Under the pieces are notes generated by a model. That model did not search any database and was not told the origin of the DNA. It was given only the letters and a program-made list of their open reading frames with translations. A DNA stretch of 64,000 nucleotides from Mytilus galloprovincialis (Eukaryota): NCBI RefSeq assembly GCF_965363235.1, contig NC_134847.1:70038935-70102934 (forward strand), given 5' to 3'. A program made the position numbers and the translations under genes. Numbering within the stretch: position 1 is the first letter of the stretch; the number at the start of each line of letters is the position of its first letter. Positions 51,178 to 64,000 of the stretch are shown here, one piece after another.

Positions 51178-51971
51178 GATAATGTAGGTTAAAGGTAGTT
51201 TAAAGTTTACACTTAAGATATCAGTAGTCGCATCCACTTGAAACATTGTACTGTGCACATGTTCATTATAAAATCATGTGTTTAATTTCATGGTTCGCTG
51301 AACATAGAAACGTAAAATGGTAAAGTTTTGGTTTAAGATAAGTGAATGTTTTTGTTTGATTGGACACTAGATGACAAATTCATAACAACCAAATTGACTC
51401 GGCAATTTACATAAATATAGATACAAATAGGCAGACAAGCACATTGTTTGGAGCCCTTTCACTGTTTTACCGATCTGAAAATGATTTTATAAGTGCCAAA
51501 GTCAATAAATTTGTTCTTCCTGCTGGTTCCCTTGATTTTGTTTGATTATCTTTTTTTTCTTCACATTAAAAATTGTTTGCAAAAAACAATTTGATTGGTC
51601 TGCAGTTGGTTGTTTGTAATTCTTGCAGGGCCAAAGTGCTTGCTTATATTCCAAATGCCCTCCCTATTTTAGTATCATTCCAAGTTTTTGGCCCATTATT
51701 TTAGACTCTCACTTTCAAAACATTAACCTAACGTTTATTGTTAATCTTTTCCTGGATATATTCATGATGTATGACGTATATGTCTTATGCATTAAGCAAA
51801 CACCATTCTTAAGTGACTGAAGACTTAAGAATATTCCAAAATTGTAGGTATTCCAAAAACGAAGATAACTTCAATTTTTGCACAGAGGCAATACTTTCAT
51901 TTTTTAGATACCTAGATACTTATACGAAATCATTACATGTATTGAGGTTAATATCACATGTTTGTTTTACA

Positions 51972-52016
51972 GCTACAGCTAGCATATCTGGACAGGCAAG
52001 TGCAATTAATGATAAT
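51972..52016 (+). CDS. Candidate 45-nt phase 1-1 micro-exon (..TASISGQASAINDN) between the linker exons and the RING exon
   Basis: Strong acceptor atgtttgttttacag|CT and donor TAATG|gtaagt. Phases are compatible with the linker exon upstream and the RING exon downstream. Confidence 0.35.
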
Positions 52017-52860
52017 GGTAAGTTATATGTAGAAAAAGCCGCGCCAGAATATAGTTTTACTGATTTATTGAGCAGGATATATATGTATACATTATAAATA
52101 AACGAGAGTTCTTTCTAAATTTGCGTCTTATATCATATTCATTTTTTTATGTAGAAAATGGTAGATGAACTTGCTTTAATTTTATTGCTAGGAAAACCAG
52201 TCGTGTATGACAGTTGCATAAAAGTTCATTATATTGACAACGATGTGTAAACAAAACATGCAGACATTTAGTTAAAATGTCAAAAAGGGGTACAAACATA
52301 TGAATTGATGTTTATCCACCAAAATACTGTAAAGCTAAATACAAACACCATGCAAGAAATAACCTCTTTATAGTTATCAGCAACCATATGATATTCATAA
52401 TATTCATTCATTCATTGACCATATCGTACATTATGAAGCTTAAATAGTGACCAATTTCGGCGGCTCATCCCTACCATTTCGTCCATAGTAGGAAATGCAT
52501 CCATTCACATTATAAAGATTATTCAATGTATAATCCTTCTTAATACTGTGTTCTTGTTATAATAACATGTTTGGAGCATGCCATTGGTACACCTCACATT
52601 CAATTTGTTTTTAAAGAGGGCTAATTACAGTAAACTGAAATAAAAAAATACTTATTTATTTCGATAATTGACTTATTGTAGTAAATTACTGCCATGCCTT
52701 ACGCCTTCTTTGTATTCATGGTTGAAACATTTACTGGTACACGTTTACCTTTATTTTCATGATCTGATAATATACACTCATTTTGTATGTCAGTACTGAA
52801 TATTGTTGAACTCTTAGATTATGACTTTATGTTGCATAACTTTAAACTTGTGTTTTGTAG

Positions 52861-53051
52861 AAGGCAGTTCACTCAAAATGCAAAAAACGAAACAGGGCAA
52901 ATGCAGGACCTGTGATGCAAATAATGTACCTGTAGCATTTTTACCATGTGGACATATATACTGCTGTAACGACTGTACATCTGCAATGCTAAAATGTCCT
53001 ATGTGCAAAGTTGATATTAAACAAGCATTAAAAAGGTACTTCCATACTTGA
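52861..53051 (+). CDS. IAP terminal exon encoding a C3HC4 RING finger (..KCRTCDANNVPVAFLPCGHIYCCNDCTSAMLKCPMCKVDIKQALKRYFHT*)
   Basis: Acceptor cttgtgttttgtag|AA, phase 1. The spacing C-x2-C-x11-C-x-H-x3-C-x2-C-x6-C-x2-C and the short C-terminal tail match the IAP RING (cf. C.ICMD....VF.PCGHL..C..CA.....CP.CR..I...). Stop at 53049-53051. Confidence 0.8.
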
Positions 53052-54990
53052 ATTCTCTTAAAAAGTTATATCAACTCCATATAAATTAGAATGAGATTTC
53101 TCGGACATTTAGTGACTTTTTAAGGACTTGCTTCTACTGATTGGCGTCAAAGTACAGTCCACGTAGAACACATGGAAACCCTGACTTATCTCAAAATTGT
53201 TAAAGATCTATTTTCAAGATGATAAATCTTACATCATAAATGTTACTATGAACTTCATATAAAACGAGTACTGGGTGCAACAATTTATTACAAGTATCAA
53301 ATAAACACAATTACACATATAACATTAGAGCAATGAATATAAAGCATGTCTTAAAAAGCAAAAAGGCATAATATAAGCTAACTGCTATAAGTAGAATATG
53401 AAAACTACTACCCCATATGAGCTGTTATAGAGCTCTGCTTAGTAAATAATCACATGAAAACATTGCTGTTTAAAAAATACATTAAGCAATATAATATAAC
53501 TAAAAAGAAAATTGAAGCTTCCCAAATATAAAGCATGAGCTAATTCAGCTCAGAACTGGTCAAAACGCACTATTAAAGCTAAGAAGAAGCAAAGCAAGCT
53601 ACCAGCCAATAATACTATTGGTGTGGGTGGGAGGGTTATAAAAATTGCTTTGAATTTTGCCATCCAAAAAATAAGGCCTGGACGCAGCCATGCTACATTT
53701 AACAATTAAACAACAACCCAAAGCTGGAATGGACCCGACTCGATCTCCGTAAAATCGAATTTACCCAAAAATTCTACTTTGATTCCCTGTCTTGATTACT
53801 TTTTCATGTTCTTACAAATAAATTTTAACTCTTGATAAACCACCAGGATATTGCAATCCATCTTTAACATCTCACAATACTTATAACTATCAATCTTTAA
53901 CAGTTTTGTGACAATTTCAAAATTTACATTAAAATATATCTTTCAACTCACAAAATGCCCCCATATCAACCTTTTTAGATATAGGGATCAGCTATCATTG
54001 ATTCACATTTATTTCATATTATAAATTGAAAAAAGTGATTATCCTTCAAAACACCGACAAAATGCAATTGTCAGCAATAGTACTTACTGTATCAATATCA
54101 TGTTTTGTCCATATCATACCTAAATATCATTTGAAATAATTCAAACTACTCTTCGAATTTGTCTATGATTTGAAGTTAATCAACAGATACTAGCATTTGG
54201 AATTTCTGTATTTTATTAATTAATATTCAACCAAGTGTTCCAAAACATATTTAACCTTATAACCGCCATATAAATACAAATCTAAATCAGCACAAGTTCC
54301 AAACAGAATTTTAGGATATTGACTAAACTACATTTTCAAGAGAATTACCTTCTGGAGTACCTGATATCGCCCTGGTTTTTGGTGGGGTTATTGTTGCTTG
54401 GTGTATGGTTTTATATTGATACTGTGCATCTTCTGATCGTTTTCATTTTCATATGTTCGCATATAAAGACAGGATTTATTACGGTATACTGTTTCGGAAT
54501 GTATGTCTCTCATCAAACCTTTGGATTATAACTCTTAAAAGCTTTCACCGATTGTCATGAAACCTCTGTGAATTTGTTTTGTGTAGTGACATAAGCCTCC
54601 ATTTCATTTTTGTAAATTTCAGATTTTATGTTTCGAAGTTATGGGATTTTATTTATGAAAAATTGGATACTACTTGTTTATATCTAATGAAATAAGCTAT
54701 CTTCTGGGTATTTTTTTTTTATAATTTCCTGATATGATATTGCAGCAGTACGGAACTTTATTCCTTAAAAACAGTTTGACTTTGTCGATTGGTACCACCT
54801 TGTATCTTTTGTCAGAGTTGGGGTCATTCTGAGCAGTGATCGCACTATTTCTGTTTGATTATACCAAGCATAAAGAAGAGCTAAAAAGGTGACAATTGTG
54901 TGCTGTGCTCATATCGCAGTTCTTTATTTGCTTAAGTACTGTCAGATTGTGAGTTTGAATATCCCTATGGTATCTTTCTCCTCTCTTTTA

Positions 54991-55241
54991 GAAAAGTTGA
55001 AGTTTCATCACAGAGAAGTTTGCAACAAGTGGAGGAAATGCAAAATTATATTTGCCCATCTGAGGAATATACCAATGTACAGAATACACAACAAAGTGTC
55101 TTGAGCAATTCTGAGCCATCATATGAGATTCAACAGTTACTTGGGGAGTTTCATCTAGGCAACGCTCTTCCAATAACACCAGTGCATGGTCAGCTGTCAG
55201 ATGATGGTTCATCAGTTCAAAGAATGTGTGATGGTAATACA
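54991..55241 (+). CDS. Candidate exon of an unknown downstream gene (..RKVEVSSQRSLQQVEEMQNYICPSEEYTNVQNTQQSVLSNSEPSYEIQQLLGEFHLGNALPITPVHGQLSDDGSSVQRMCDG)
   Basis: Acceptor ctcttttag|A and donor GTGATG|gtaata bracket the ORF 55020-55322. It lies after the IAP stop, so it belongs to a different transcript or the UTR. Weak. Confidence 0.2.
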
Positions 55242-56214
55242 CCAATTATTAGAGCATTGTCTCAGAATCAAAATTTTGGTGGTTACAAATTATTTATTAT
55301 CCAATTAACTAGTACTTCATAATGAAACTTGTGAGATTTTTTTTATTCATTGTTATATGGGGATAAAACGGAGCAGGCAAAACAGTATCATATGAATAAA
55401 CTTACTTTTAACAAAATTTCCGAATTAATAAAATTAGAAACGTGGGTGGACTATATTCGACGTGGGATAAAATAATTAATAAAAGCCCAACCCATGGTTA
55501 ATTGAAAACAAATCTACGGCTGCCATTAATTACTTCTTAGTTATACATGGAGACAACTGTTCAAACCAGTACAACGTGTGTCAGATTATTTTTCTGGTAT
55601 CAATGTGACAAAAGAATGTATTTAGTCGAACTATAACCACAACCTCTGAATAGGAAAAATGTTTTAAAATACAAAGAAACAATGCTTGTAATTAACTGAG
55701 CAATAAGTTCTTCTAAAATTTAATTGCTTTTATATTTTTATTTTATTTCAGACTTACCACTAATCATACAAGACTCCTCTGTATCTTCCGAGTTCGACAA
55801 CACCTGTACAATAGATACACCTTTGATGATAATCTTTTATCAAATGCACACAAATCAAAACATTTATCAGCTATTTGCTAACAGTGTTTATGGCATTTTT
55901 AATTTTGTAAGTATTTTAAATCTCATATATATGTATCTTAAAATCTTGAAGTTTCTGACATGCCCATCATAATTATTCTTTCTATATAATTTTTTTTACT
56001 TTCTGATTTTTCTAAATTTATCACATCAACAAATGATTGATTATTTGTGTTTAACAGTTGCGGCACTATTTGGTTTATATCCTGTTGATTACGATAGGAA
56101 ACGAACACACCATTAAACCATTTAAACCCGCTGTAATTGTTTGCACCTGTCCTAGGTCAGAAATGATGTTCAGTAGTTGTCGTTTGTTGATGTGGTTCAT
56201 AATTGTTTCTCGTT

Positions 56215-56400
56215 TCTCGTTTTTTTAGATAAATGAGACCGTTTGTTTTCCGTTTGAATGGTTTTGTACTAGTATTTGTTTCTTGCTGTTCGGTGTCAGC
56301 CATGGCTCTGTGTTGAAGATCGTACTTTGACCTATAATGGTTTACATTTATAAATTGTGATTTGGATGGAGAGTTGACTCATTGGCACTCATACCACATC
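56215..56400 (+). repeat. Dispersed repeat (SINE-like) also present at 37561-37700 and 41422-41561, with a related tail at 30920-31010
   Basis: Shared block ..ttttccgtttgaatggttttacactagt..ttg..gctgttcg.tg..agcca.tgctc..tgttgaa.a..gtactttgacctataatggtttac.tttacaaattgtga.ttg, and the shared tail attggcactcataccaca.c. Confidence 0.5.
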
Positions 56401-56639
56401 ACCATATATCTATATTCAATCAGAGTAAATTGATAAGGTATATATTTCTGTCAGTACGAGTTGTTGTATACACTGTGACCTTATTTGAATAGTTTAGTTT
56501 TAGCGTTTCCGATTAAAGATCAGTTGAGCTTTTGTCATTACTTTGTGTCCGCTGTCTGTCATTGTTCGTTTACCTTTTACAAAATCTTCTCCTCTGAAAT
56601 TGCTAGGCTAAATTTATTCAAACTTCGCCACAATCTTTT

Positions 56640-58470
56640 TGGGGGTATTTAGCTTTAAAAATGTGTCTGATGACCCCACCTAGCAACCAAGTTGTTGAGA
56701 ATATTGCAATATTCCTACTGTTCATATATGTCAGAGGGCCTGTGGGAGATATCCCTTATATGTCAAATATATTCCAAGATTTAAATTCTCTATTGGATAC
56801 TAATAAATCAAAAATAAATCTATTAAATAACATGCTTGTTGATTTAGAAAAAGAGAACATGTCAAATGTATTAGACTATAAAGTGACTAATCAGGAAATA
56901 GTTAAAACATTTACCAATTTAAAACCTGGAAAGGCATGTGGTCTGGACCTGATACTAAATAACATGTAAATACAAGACTTTCTAAACATTTAGATGAGAG
57001 AAATATTTTGATTGATTGCCAAGCTGGCTTCAGAAATAAATTAAGGACACCAGATCACATGTTTATCCTCAAATGCTTTATTGATAAATATACTTATTGT
57101 AAAATAAGTAAATTTTATGCTTGTTTTTTTTTAGCTTTTAATTCTGTGATACACCCAGGTATCCTCAAGGCTCAAGTCAGACATTGGAGGGAAATTTTAC
57201 CAGTGAATTAAACACATGTATACACTTAATAATCAAAGAGTAAAAGTTGATAACAAACTAGGTCCATGTTTTAACTCTTATATTGGGGTTAGACATGGGG
57301 ATATTTTAAGCCCTGTTCTTTTTAATCTATTCATAAATGATCTACCTAACTGTTTACTAAATGGTCCTGATAGTGTAAAACTTAGTCGCATAGACTGTCT
57401 TATGTATGCAGATGATGTCATTGTATTTTCTGATTCTGCTGATGGACTTCAAAAGCGCTTGAAGGCATTGGAATCATTCTGTGATACCTCGTGTCTAAAT
57501 GTTAACTTAAAAAAACTAAAGTTTTACTATTTGATAAAAGTGGACGCCACATAAAAGAACCATTCTATTTTAAAGATGAATTAATTGAAACTGTTTTCAA
57601 ATATAAATACCTTGGAGTTATATTCCAGTCAAGTGGCCTATTTAATTATGCAAAAAAATACATATTTAATAAATCTTTAAAAGCTTCATATAAACGTAAT
57701 AGATGTTTATCTGGCTCAGATGCTAGTATTAAAACAAATTTACATCTGTTTGACCATACCTTTAAACCTATTATTTTGTATGGCTCAGAGATATGGGGAA
57801 TGTTTAAAACCAACTCTGCTTCTTGTATAAAAGATGTTACAAATGTACTTGAAAAAATATACCAGAATAATGTTGCTGATAAAATGAACTTAAAGTTCTG
57901 TAAGCATATTTTAGGCTTAAATAACAAAAGTACAAATGTTGCTGTACAATCAGAATAAGGCAGATTTCCTATATATTTTAATATTGTTATATCTATGATA
58001 AGCTATCTGCATAGATTACATCATTGTAACTCAAATTTGTTGAAAGAAGCGTGTTTGTGTAACAAAGATGTGCATGAAAATAACACTATGACATGGTATT
58101 CCTCTGTTAAATTTATTTTACAAAAGCTTGAATTGAAAGAAACATATAGTATTGATTATTCAATAAATAGATTAAAACAACTTATTATTAAAAAGTTAAA
58201 GACATTATTTTTAAAAGCATGGTTCAATGATAAAGATAAAGTTAATGGAAAGCTCGATATATATTTTTCTCATAAAAGTAATTTCCAAATGGAAAAATAT
58301 CTTGATATTCAAAGTTTTCAATCAAGACAAATTTTATGTAAATTTCGCTTAAGTGCCCACCAATTACGAGTAGAAAAAGAGCGACATAAGAACAAACCTA
58401 TAGAAAGGTCACAGAGGACTTGCAATTTTTGTTCTCATAATGATATATTGAAGATGAGTTTCATTTTTTA
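56640..58470 (+). mobile_element. Degenerate non-LTR retrotransposon ORF2 (reverse transcriptase) remnant with frameshifts
   Basis: Successive frames give KPGKACGLDLI (56661-56969), DCQAGFRNKLRTPDHMFIL (57008-57211), GVRHGDILSPVLFNLFINDL...LMYADDVIVFSDS (57216-57554) and a C-terminal CNFCSHND Cys motif (57995-58471). These are canonical LINE RT blocks in the correct order. Confidence 0.7.
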
Positions 58471-61079
58471 ATAAACTGTCCATTGTATAACAAATGTCGA
58501 GAATCATTGTTTGCACAAGCTCATGAGCACTGTCAAAATTTTAACAACTGAGACTGCAAATCAAATTTTTTTATGGTTAATGACCACTGAAGATAAACAT
58601 ATACTTAAAAAGTTAAGTATTTTTCTTATCCAGAGTTTTGAATTGAGATCCACAAATTATGTTAATGGCTAAATCTCTTTAAGTTTATCCATACATATAT
58701 TTTGAATTCAAAAATTAAATTTAAATACACATTTCTTTATCTATGTGTATGCATATTTCATCTATTAATATGTAAATGCTTATATATGCATTAAGAAACT
58801 GCAGTCAAATCTCTAAGGTGCTTATCATATTCTTGCAATTGTGAAAGAAATATTATTATATACATAAATATCTAGTAATTGGTTGATCTTGGTTGCTGTG
58901 TGTACATGGGAGAAAAATACCTTTATATCTAATCAGTTGCGGCTGCATTTTATTTTTATGCAGCTCAAAACACCATATCTGTTTAAAGGGGAATAATCCT
59001 TACATAAATTGATTGTCTCCCATATTTCTTTATCTTCCATGTGCATGCAATAACTGTTCAGTGTTCTTTTCATTTTATTATTTCATTGTTATAACACAAA
59101 TCATTGTAATTATTATATGAAATTTAAAACCCGCAAAGGTCCATAATTGGATTAATAAAGTAGTCTTATTCTTATACTTATAATGCATCGAACTGATTGC
59201 ATTAAGGTTTATAATAATTTTGTTTAATTTATACCTTATATAATTAATGTTGATTTTATTGTAGGAACTGCCCAATCTGCTTTCACTGTTAAGGAGGAGC
59301 GACTTTGATGATATTAGAAGAGTATGGTCAGAGATCATTGGGCATAGGGGAAGAAGAGATTTTTATGGCTCAGATGCAGATTTGGTTATGGATCCTTTCA
59401 GCAGCCTGCTTCTTAATCATTACAGATTCAACTGTACCAATTTTAATTGTCCTACAAATGAGAGATCATTTGATATGCCTGGATTGACTTTACCACAGTA
59501 AATATAAAGCTCATTTTTGTCCCAATGGTTCAACTGAACTCCTCTCATCACTTTAACGTTAACTTTTACATAAATCTTCTCCTCTGAAACTACTGGATCA
59601 ACATTAAGGTTTCTAGATTAATACATGTCCGATCACCCCGCCTGACAGCAAACATGGCCAACATTCCTGAAAATAGAATATAGGGGAAAATGCAGATTTT
59701 GGATTATATCTCTGAAAATTTGCAGACGAATCAGGCAACCCGTTGTTGGGTTTCTGTCCCTAAATTGATAATTTTATGGAAATGTTTTAAGTTTTTAGAT
59801 ACTAGTATTATTTTTAATTTTATCATAGATATTTAGGAGTAATTGCCATTTATAGTCTTTTTTAACAAATTTTCGTAAACTTTTGTAATCTTTCACAAAA
59901 ATCCTCTCTACTAGAACTACTTTTAAAATATAATTCGCCACAATCATCATTTAGGTATCTAGTTTTTAAAAAATGTGTCTGATAACCCCGCCTTCTAAGT
60001 AGCATGACTAACATTGCTGAATATGCAAGTTTTGTCCATTATTTTGTATAGCATTATAAAGAGAGAAAATTCGACAGGAGCAATATATTTAGAATGCTGT
60101 GCTCTACCAATTGTTCATACATGTCAAAACTGTCAGATGACTTTTTATAGAAATAATGGCCCTTATATGACAAATTTCATTTTTTTTTCAATTGTGCCTA
60201 CTATATTTAAAACATAATAGATAAAAGATCAGCCAGAAAAAATCTATAATCTACGAAATCGTCATTCGACTCCTGTATAGAGTTATAGCCTTTTGATAAT
60301 GATTTTGGCCATTTTTTGCGTTCTGTCTTATATCATAAAATGATTAGCAAAACAAATACTAGGAGGAAGAAAATATTGACGTTTTTGACCTTTAAAGACC
60401 TCTTTAATTTGAGATTTTGCCACATATGATTGAAAACTATAATGGATAAAGATACACTTTGATTCAAAATTATCAGCAAATCAAGATCTACTAACAAGCC
60501 TTATTTGACAATATAGTTAAGTAGACTGTCACTCTTTTAATGATTACACTTAAATGAGGATTTGTTTTATCCTCTTTTGTGATTTAAGCAAAAACTTAAG
60601 AATGCAGAGACTACACTAAAAAAAAGTCAAATCACAAAAATACTGAACTCAGAGGAAAATCAATTCGGAAAGTCCATAATCACATGGCAAAATCAAATAA
60701 CAAAACGCATCAAAAACGAATGGACAAGAACTGTCATATTCCTGACTTGGTACAGGCATTTTCAAATGTAGAAAATGGTGGATTGAACCTGGTTTTATAG
60801 CTAGCTAAACCTCTCACTTGTATGACAGTCTCATCAAATTCCATTATATAGTCACCGATGCGTGAACAAAACAAACAGACATAATAGGTAAAAATGTCAA
60901 AAATAGGGGTACAGCAGTCAACATTGTGTTATCATCTTAATCACTATAAAAACAACAAATGTAACGAAGAAGCACAAAAAGGCATACATCAAATTAACAT
61001 CCTCATTTTGATTATATAATACGATTATATTTGTCTATGTAAAATGCACCCATCAAGGAAGGAGGGTATGGGTACTGGT

Positions 61080-61530
61080 GTAAAATTGCGCGTTTGAAAT
61101 TCGCACAGGTAGACATGAAATAATTTTGTCGTTCAAAGTGTGACGGGATGCATAAATACAGTCACGCAAAATAGATATAACAAACACTGACTTAGCAGTT
61201 AAAGTAATAATAATAAATAAAATAATAGTGTGGTTCAAAGTATGACGTGATACATAAGTACAGAGTCACGTAAAATGTATATCACAAAAAAAGTTGGTTA
61301 ACAGTAAAAGTAATATTAATGAATAAAATAATTTTGTCATTCAAAGTATGACAAGATACATAGGTACAGAGTCACATCATAAAATAATTTTGTCATTCAA
61401 AGTATGACAAGATACATAGGTACAGAGTCACATCATAAAATAATTATGTCGTTCAAAGTATGATGGGATACATAAGCACAGAGTTACGTCAAAAGGATAT
61501 CTCAAAAAAACAGACAACAGTAAAAGTAAT
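61080..61530. repeat. Minisatellite of ~56-60-bp units (aataattttgtcattcaaagtatgacaagatacataggtacagagtcacatcataa), including an exact 56-bp tandem duplication at 61323-61434
   Basis: Seven or eight related units. The central two are identical. Confidence 0.7.
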
Positions 61531-62454
61531 ATTAATAAAGACAAATAAAAGAATAATATAACACGCAATTAAGATGATAAACAACGTCAGTACGCAAAAT
61601 CTATACTTCAAGACCATCGTGTATTATTTGTGAAGTTGATACGGAATATTTATCAACAAGTTCTGGGTACCTTCCGATGAACTTTTTTAGAAAAAGGACT
61701 AAAAAGGTAGAGATATTTAAAATACAAGATCAGATTTTTGTCATAAATTTTATTCCTGTCAAAAATGGTGCAGATAATGCTTTTCTTGAATATGCACAAA
61801 GATTAAGGTGAGCGACACAGGCTCTGTAGTTTTGGCTCACAAATGATAATAATTTTCTTGTTTACCTATCAACAAACTTGTAAAAAAAAGGATGTTTGAT
61901 GTATTGCAAATGACACTACTTTCTGTAATTGACTTAAGATAATAATCTGATGTCTGGGTAAAAAAATACCACTATGATGTTAAAAGCCCAAAGGTGACTA
62001 AATCTTAATTAATTTAAAGAGTAAACCAATGTCTTATTTATAAAAACAAAAATAAATAGAAAATTTAATCAGCCAAGAATCGAATTGTAAAATATCGGAC
62101 TTTTTTTCATAAAACAAGAATAAAAAAAGTAATGTGATGCTAGTGAGATAACTCTCTTCAACAGACCAAATGACACTGATATTAACAGCTATAGTTCTCA
62201 GTACATCCTTCATATTAAAGGCCAATGGGATTATCAGCAGCCAAGTAGTCAGCACTGTGTGTTCACATGAATCATCATTGATGTGGTTATATGGTTATAA
62301 TTATAAATTAACTGTTGAACACAACTTTGAATTTTTGAATTACTAAGATTTTTCTACCTCAGGAGTAGATTAACTAAGTTGCATTCGGCAAAATTTTTAC
62401 GAATTTCGGGACCTCAATGCCCTTCAACTTCGTACTTTCTTTGAACTTTTTAAC

Positions 62455-62560
62455 TTGTTTGTATTCGAGCGTCCCTGATGATTTTTTTGTAGAAGAAACG
62501 CGCCCTGGCGCAAAAATTAAATTTTAATCCTTGTATCTATGATGAGTTGATTTGCTATCT
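62455..62560 (+). ncRNA. Hammerhead-ribozyme-like motif, third copy. The core CUGAUGA is intact but helix II is decayed (GAUUUUUUUGUAGAAGAAAC).
   Basis: tcgagcgtccCTGATGAtttttttgtagaaGAAACgcgccctggcgcaaaa...tatctatgatgagtt. Shares ~100 bp of homology, including the upstream ctttttaac..attcgagcgtc, with 47858 and 8565. Confidence 0.35.
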
Positions 62561-63299
62561 TAGCTTATTTTTAACAGGTACTAAGTTCGGCAGAAAGACT
62601 GATTGATTTATCTTTACAAACAAGGTTGACCCTATCACTAGAATAGGAACACTTTTTTAAATATTTTATAGAATCAAATTGATATTTAACTTTGACGAAA
62701 TAAAATTTTTTTGAACCTCTTATTACATAATCTTAATTGTAGCAGTGTCAATTATCATAGGAATTCGGGTATGCTAACCATATCTTATACTAACTTATTA
62801 ACGGAAGGAAAATTGACAGCTTAGTCTAATGTTTAAAGCTAAATAATCTGATAAAAAGTGACTGAACACAGCCAGTAACGGCCTTCCAAATACCGTTTCG
62901 ATCCCTAACATCACTGAAGAGACATTTATTTTCGAAATCCGGATCTGGTGTACTAAAAATATATTGACACCGTATGTTTGTGGCATAATTTCGTGGCCAC
63001 AAGTTAATTTTTTTCTGTTTAGTATTAAATTTATATTAAGATCCATTTTGTTACATCTTGTGATCAATTGTATTTGGCAATCGCCAATGGCTGTCAGCAG
63101 GATTAAAGAACATCAGTTGTTCGACCTGTTAGTCAAATTCGTTTTGTTTGAATATACTTTTTTACTTTTTTGGTCTTTTGGAAAATGTTGTTTAATTGTG
63201 CTGTTTTTAGACCCTTCTACAACGAAATTTGTTTTACATGCACACGTATTAAAATTGCGGTTTTTATCCAACGCAATCATAGGTTTGAACGTAGTTTTC

Positions 63300-63860
63300 A
63301 ATTTAGACTCGATTATATATATAACTCGTCTAAACATCAACCCAACAATGTTAGATCTGTGAATTTGCTTTCGCAAATTTTTTGTTCTTCCCTCGCCGGG
63401 ATTCGAACCCATGCTACTGAGATATCGTGACACCAAATCGCCTGCACTGTAGCCGTCCCGCTAGACCACACGACCACCTGGGCATCACAAAAATTTCGGT
63501 GGCCGTGTGTTACCTTTCCTCGTCAGTTTAAATCTAGCGTCGTAATACAGTACATGATCTGTAACAATAACATCTCCATGCCTTATATATCATGTACTGT
63601 AGTACGCCGTTAGATTAAAACTGACGAGGAAAAGTAACACACGGCCACTGAAAGCTTTATTTTGTGAAGCCCAGATGGTCGTGTGTATTAGCGGGACGGC
63701 TACAGTGCAGGCGATTAGGTGCCACGATATCTCAGTAGCATGGGTTCGAATCCCGGCGAGGGAAGAACAAAAAATTTACGAAACCAAATTTACAGGTCTA
63801 ACATTGTTGGGTTGATGTTTAGACGAGTTGTATATATATATATATATGACTTTCAATGTT
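63300..63860. repeat. ~560-bp near-perfect palindrome formed by two tRNA-derived SINE copies in head-to-head inverted orientation (63300-63570 and 63590-63860), with its centre near 63575
   Basis: Each 63300-63480 stretch is mirrored by its reverse complement at 63680-63860. For example, gtctaaacatcaacccaacaatgttagatctg pairs with cagatctaacattgttgggttgatgtttagac, and ccgggattcgaacccatgctactgagatatcgtg pairs with cacgatatctcagtagcatgggttcgaatcccgg. The inner arms are ~85% matched. The ORFs 62964-63362 and 63113-63436 are artefacts of it. Confidence 0.8.
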
Positions 63861-64000
63861 TTAAACTTTTTTAGATAATAATTTCAAACTTTTAAAAACC
63901 GAATAAATAGAGTTCTAAATTTATAAACGTCTTTTACTGACAAATTGTAAATATCAAATTTAATTAGATTCAACTAATAATTTTATGTGCATCTTTAAAG

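Noticed and set aside
63672-63775. tRNA gene (GGTTCGAATCC B-box and an A-box-like TAGCGGGA)
   Set aside because: No acceptor stem can be formed (the 5' end lacks a complement to GCGAGGG). The sequence is one arm of an inverted pair of tRNA-derived SINEs, and the same family occurs at 24230-24480 and 24690-24830.
1-64000. Prokaryotic-style defence or novel operonic system
   Set aside because: Gene structure is intron-exon with GT-AG splice sites, and the SINE/LINE/MITE/satellite load with ~33% GC all indicate a metazoan nuclear genome. There are no co-directional dense ORF clusters.

Overview
This window is eukaryotic, AT-rich genomic DNA, and its repeat content (tRNA-derived SINEs, MITEs, satellites, LINE reverse-transcriptase remnants, hammerhead-ribozyme-bearing short repeats) is what I would expect from a bivalve mollusc. 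It is not a prokaryotic locus: there are no operons, CRISPR arrays or defence islands, and most ORFs in the six-frame track are chance frames inside repeats or introns. The main biological content is an inhibitor-of-apoptosis (IAP) locus on the + strand. It comprises a 544-aa exon ending in a complete BIR domain (27506-29136), a second exon with an intact BIR (35990-36531), and a 127-nt linker exon present in three tandem copies. A terminal exon (52861-53051) encodes a C3HC4 RING of the IAP type. All of these exons have GT/AG boundaries and mutually compatible phases, so they can be joined into a single BIR1-BIR2-RING gene. Between 35.99 and 46.4 kb the [BIR exon + linker exon] module is tandemly triplicated (period 3861 bp). 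Copies 2 and 3 of the BIR exon carry the same internal rearrangement, which removes the CxxC/His/Cys zinc ligands. The rest of the window is repeat-rich. It holds a 1289-bp satellite in five copies (9273-15719) with inverted junctions and 139-bp flanking direct repeats. It also holds several non-autonomous TIR elements: an hAT-like element with an 8-bp TSD whose interior is a GATATC minisatellite, a 1.6-kb element with 320-bp TIRs just upstream of the IAP start, an 870-bp TIR element inserted into a 175-bp satellite, and a 146-bp G/C-homopolymer MITE family. There are two non-LTR retrotransposon remnants (47.56-47.85 kb and 56.6-58.5 kb). Three copies of a short repeat carry a minimal type-I hammerhead ribozyme motif with a palindromic helix III. 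A ~560-bp near-perfect palindrome is built from two inverted SINE copies (63300-63860). All coordinates and identities come from reading the sequence by eye. No database search or alignment was run.
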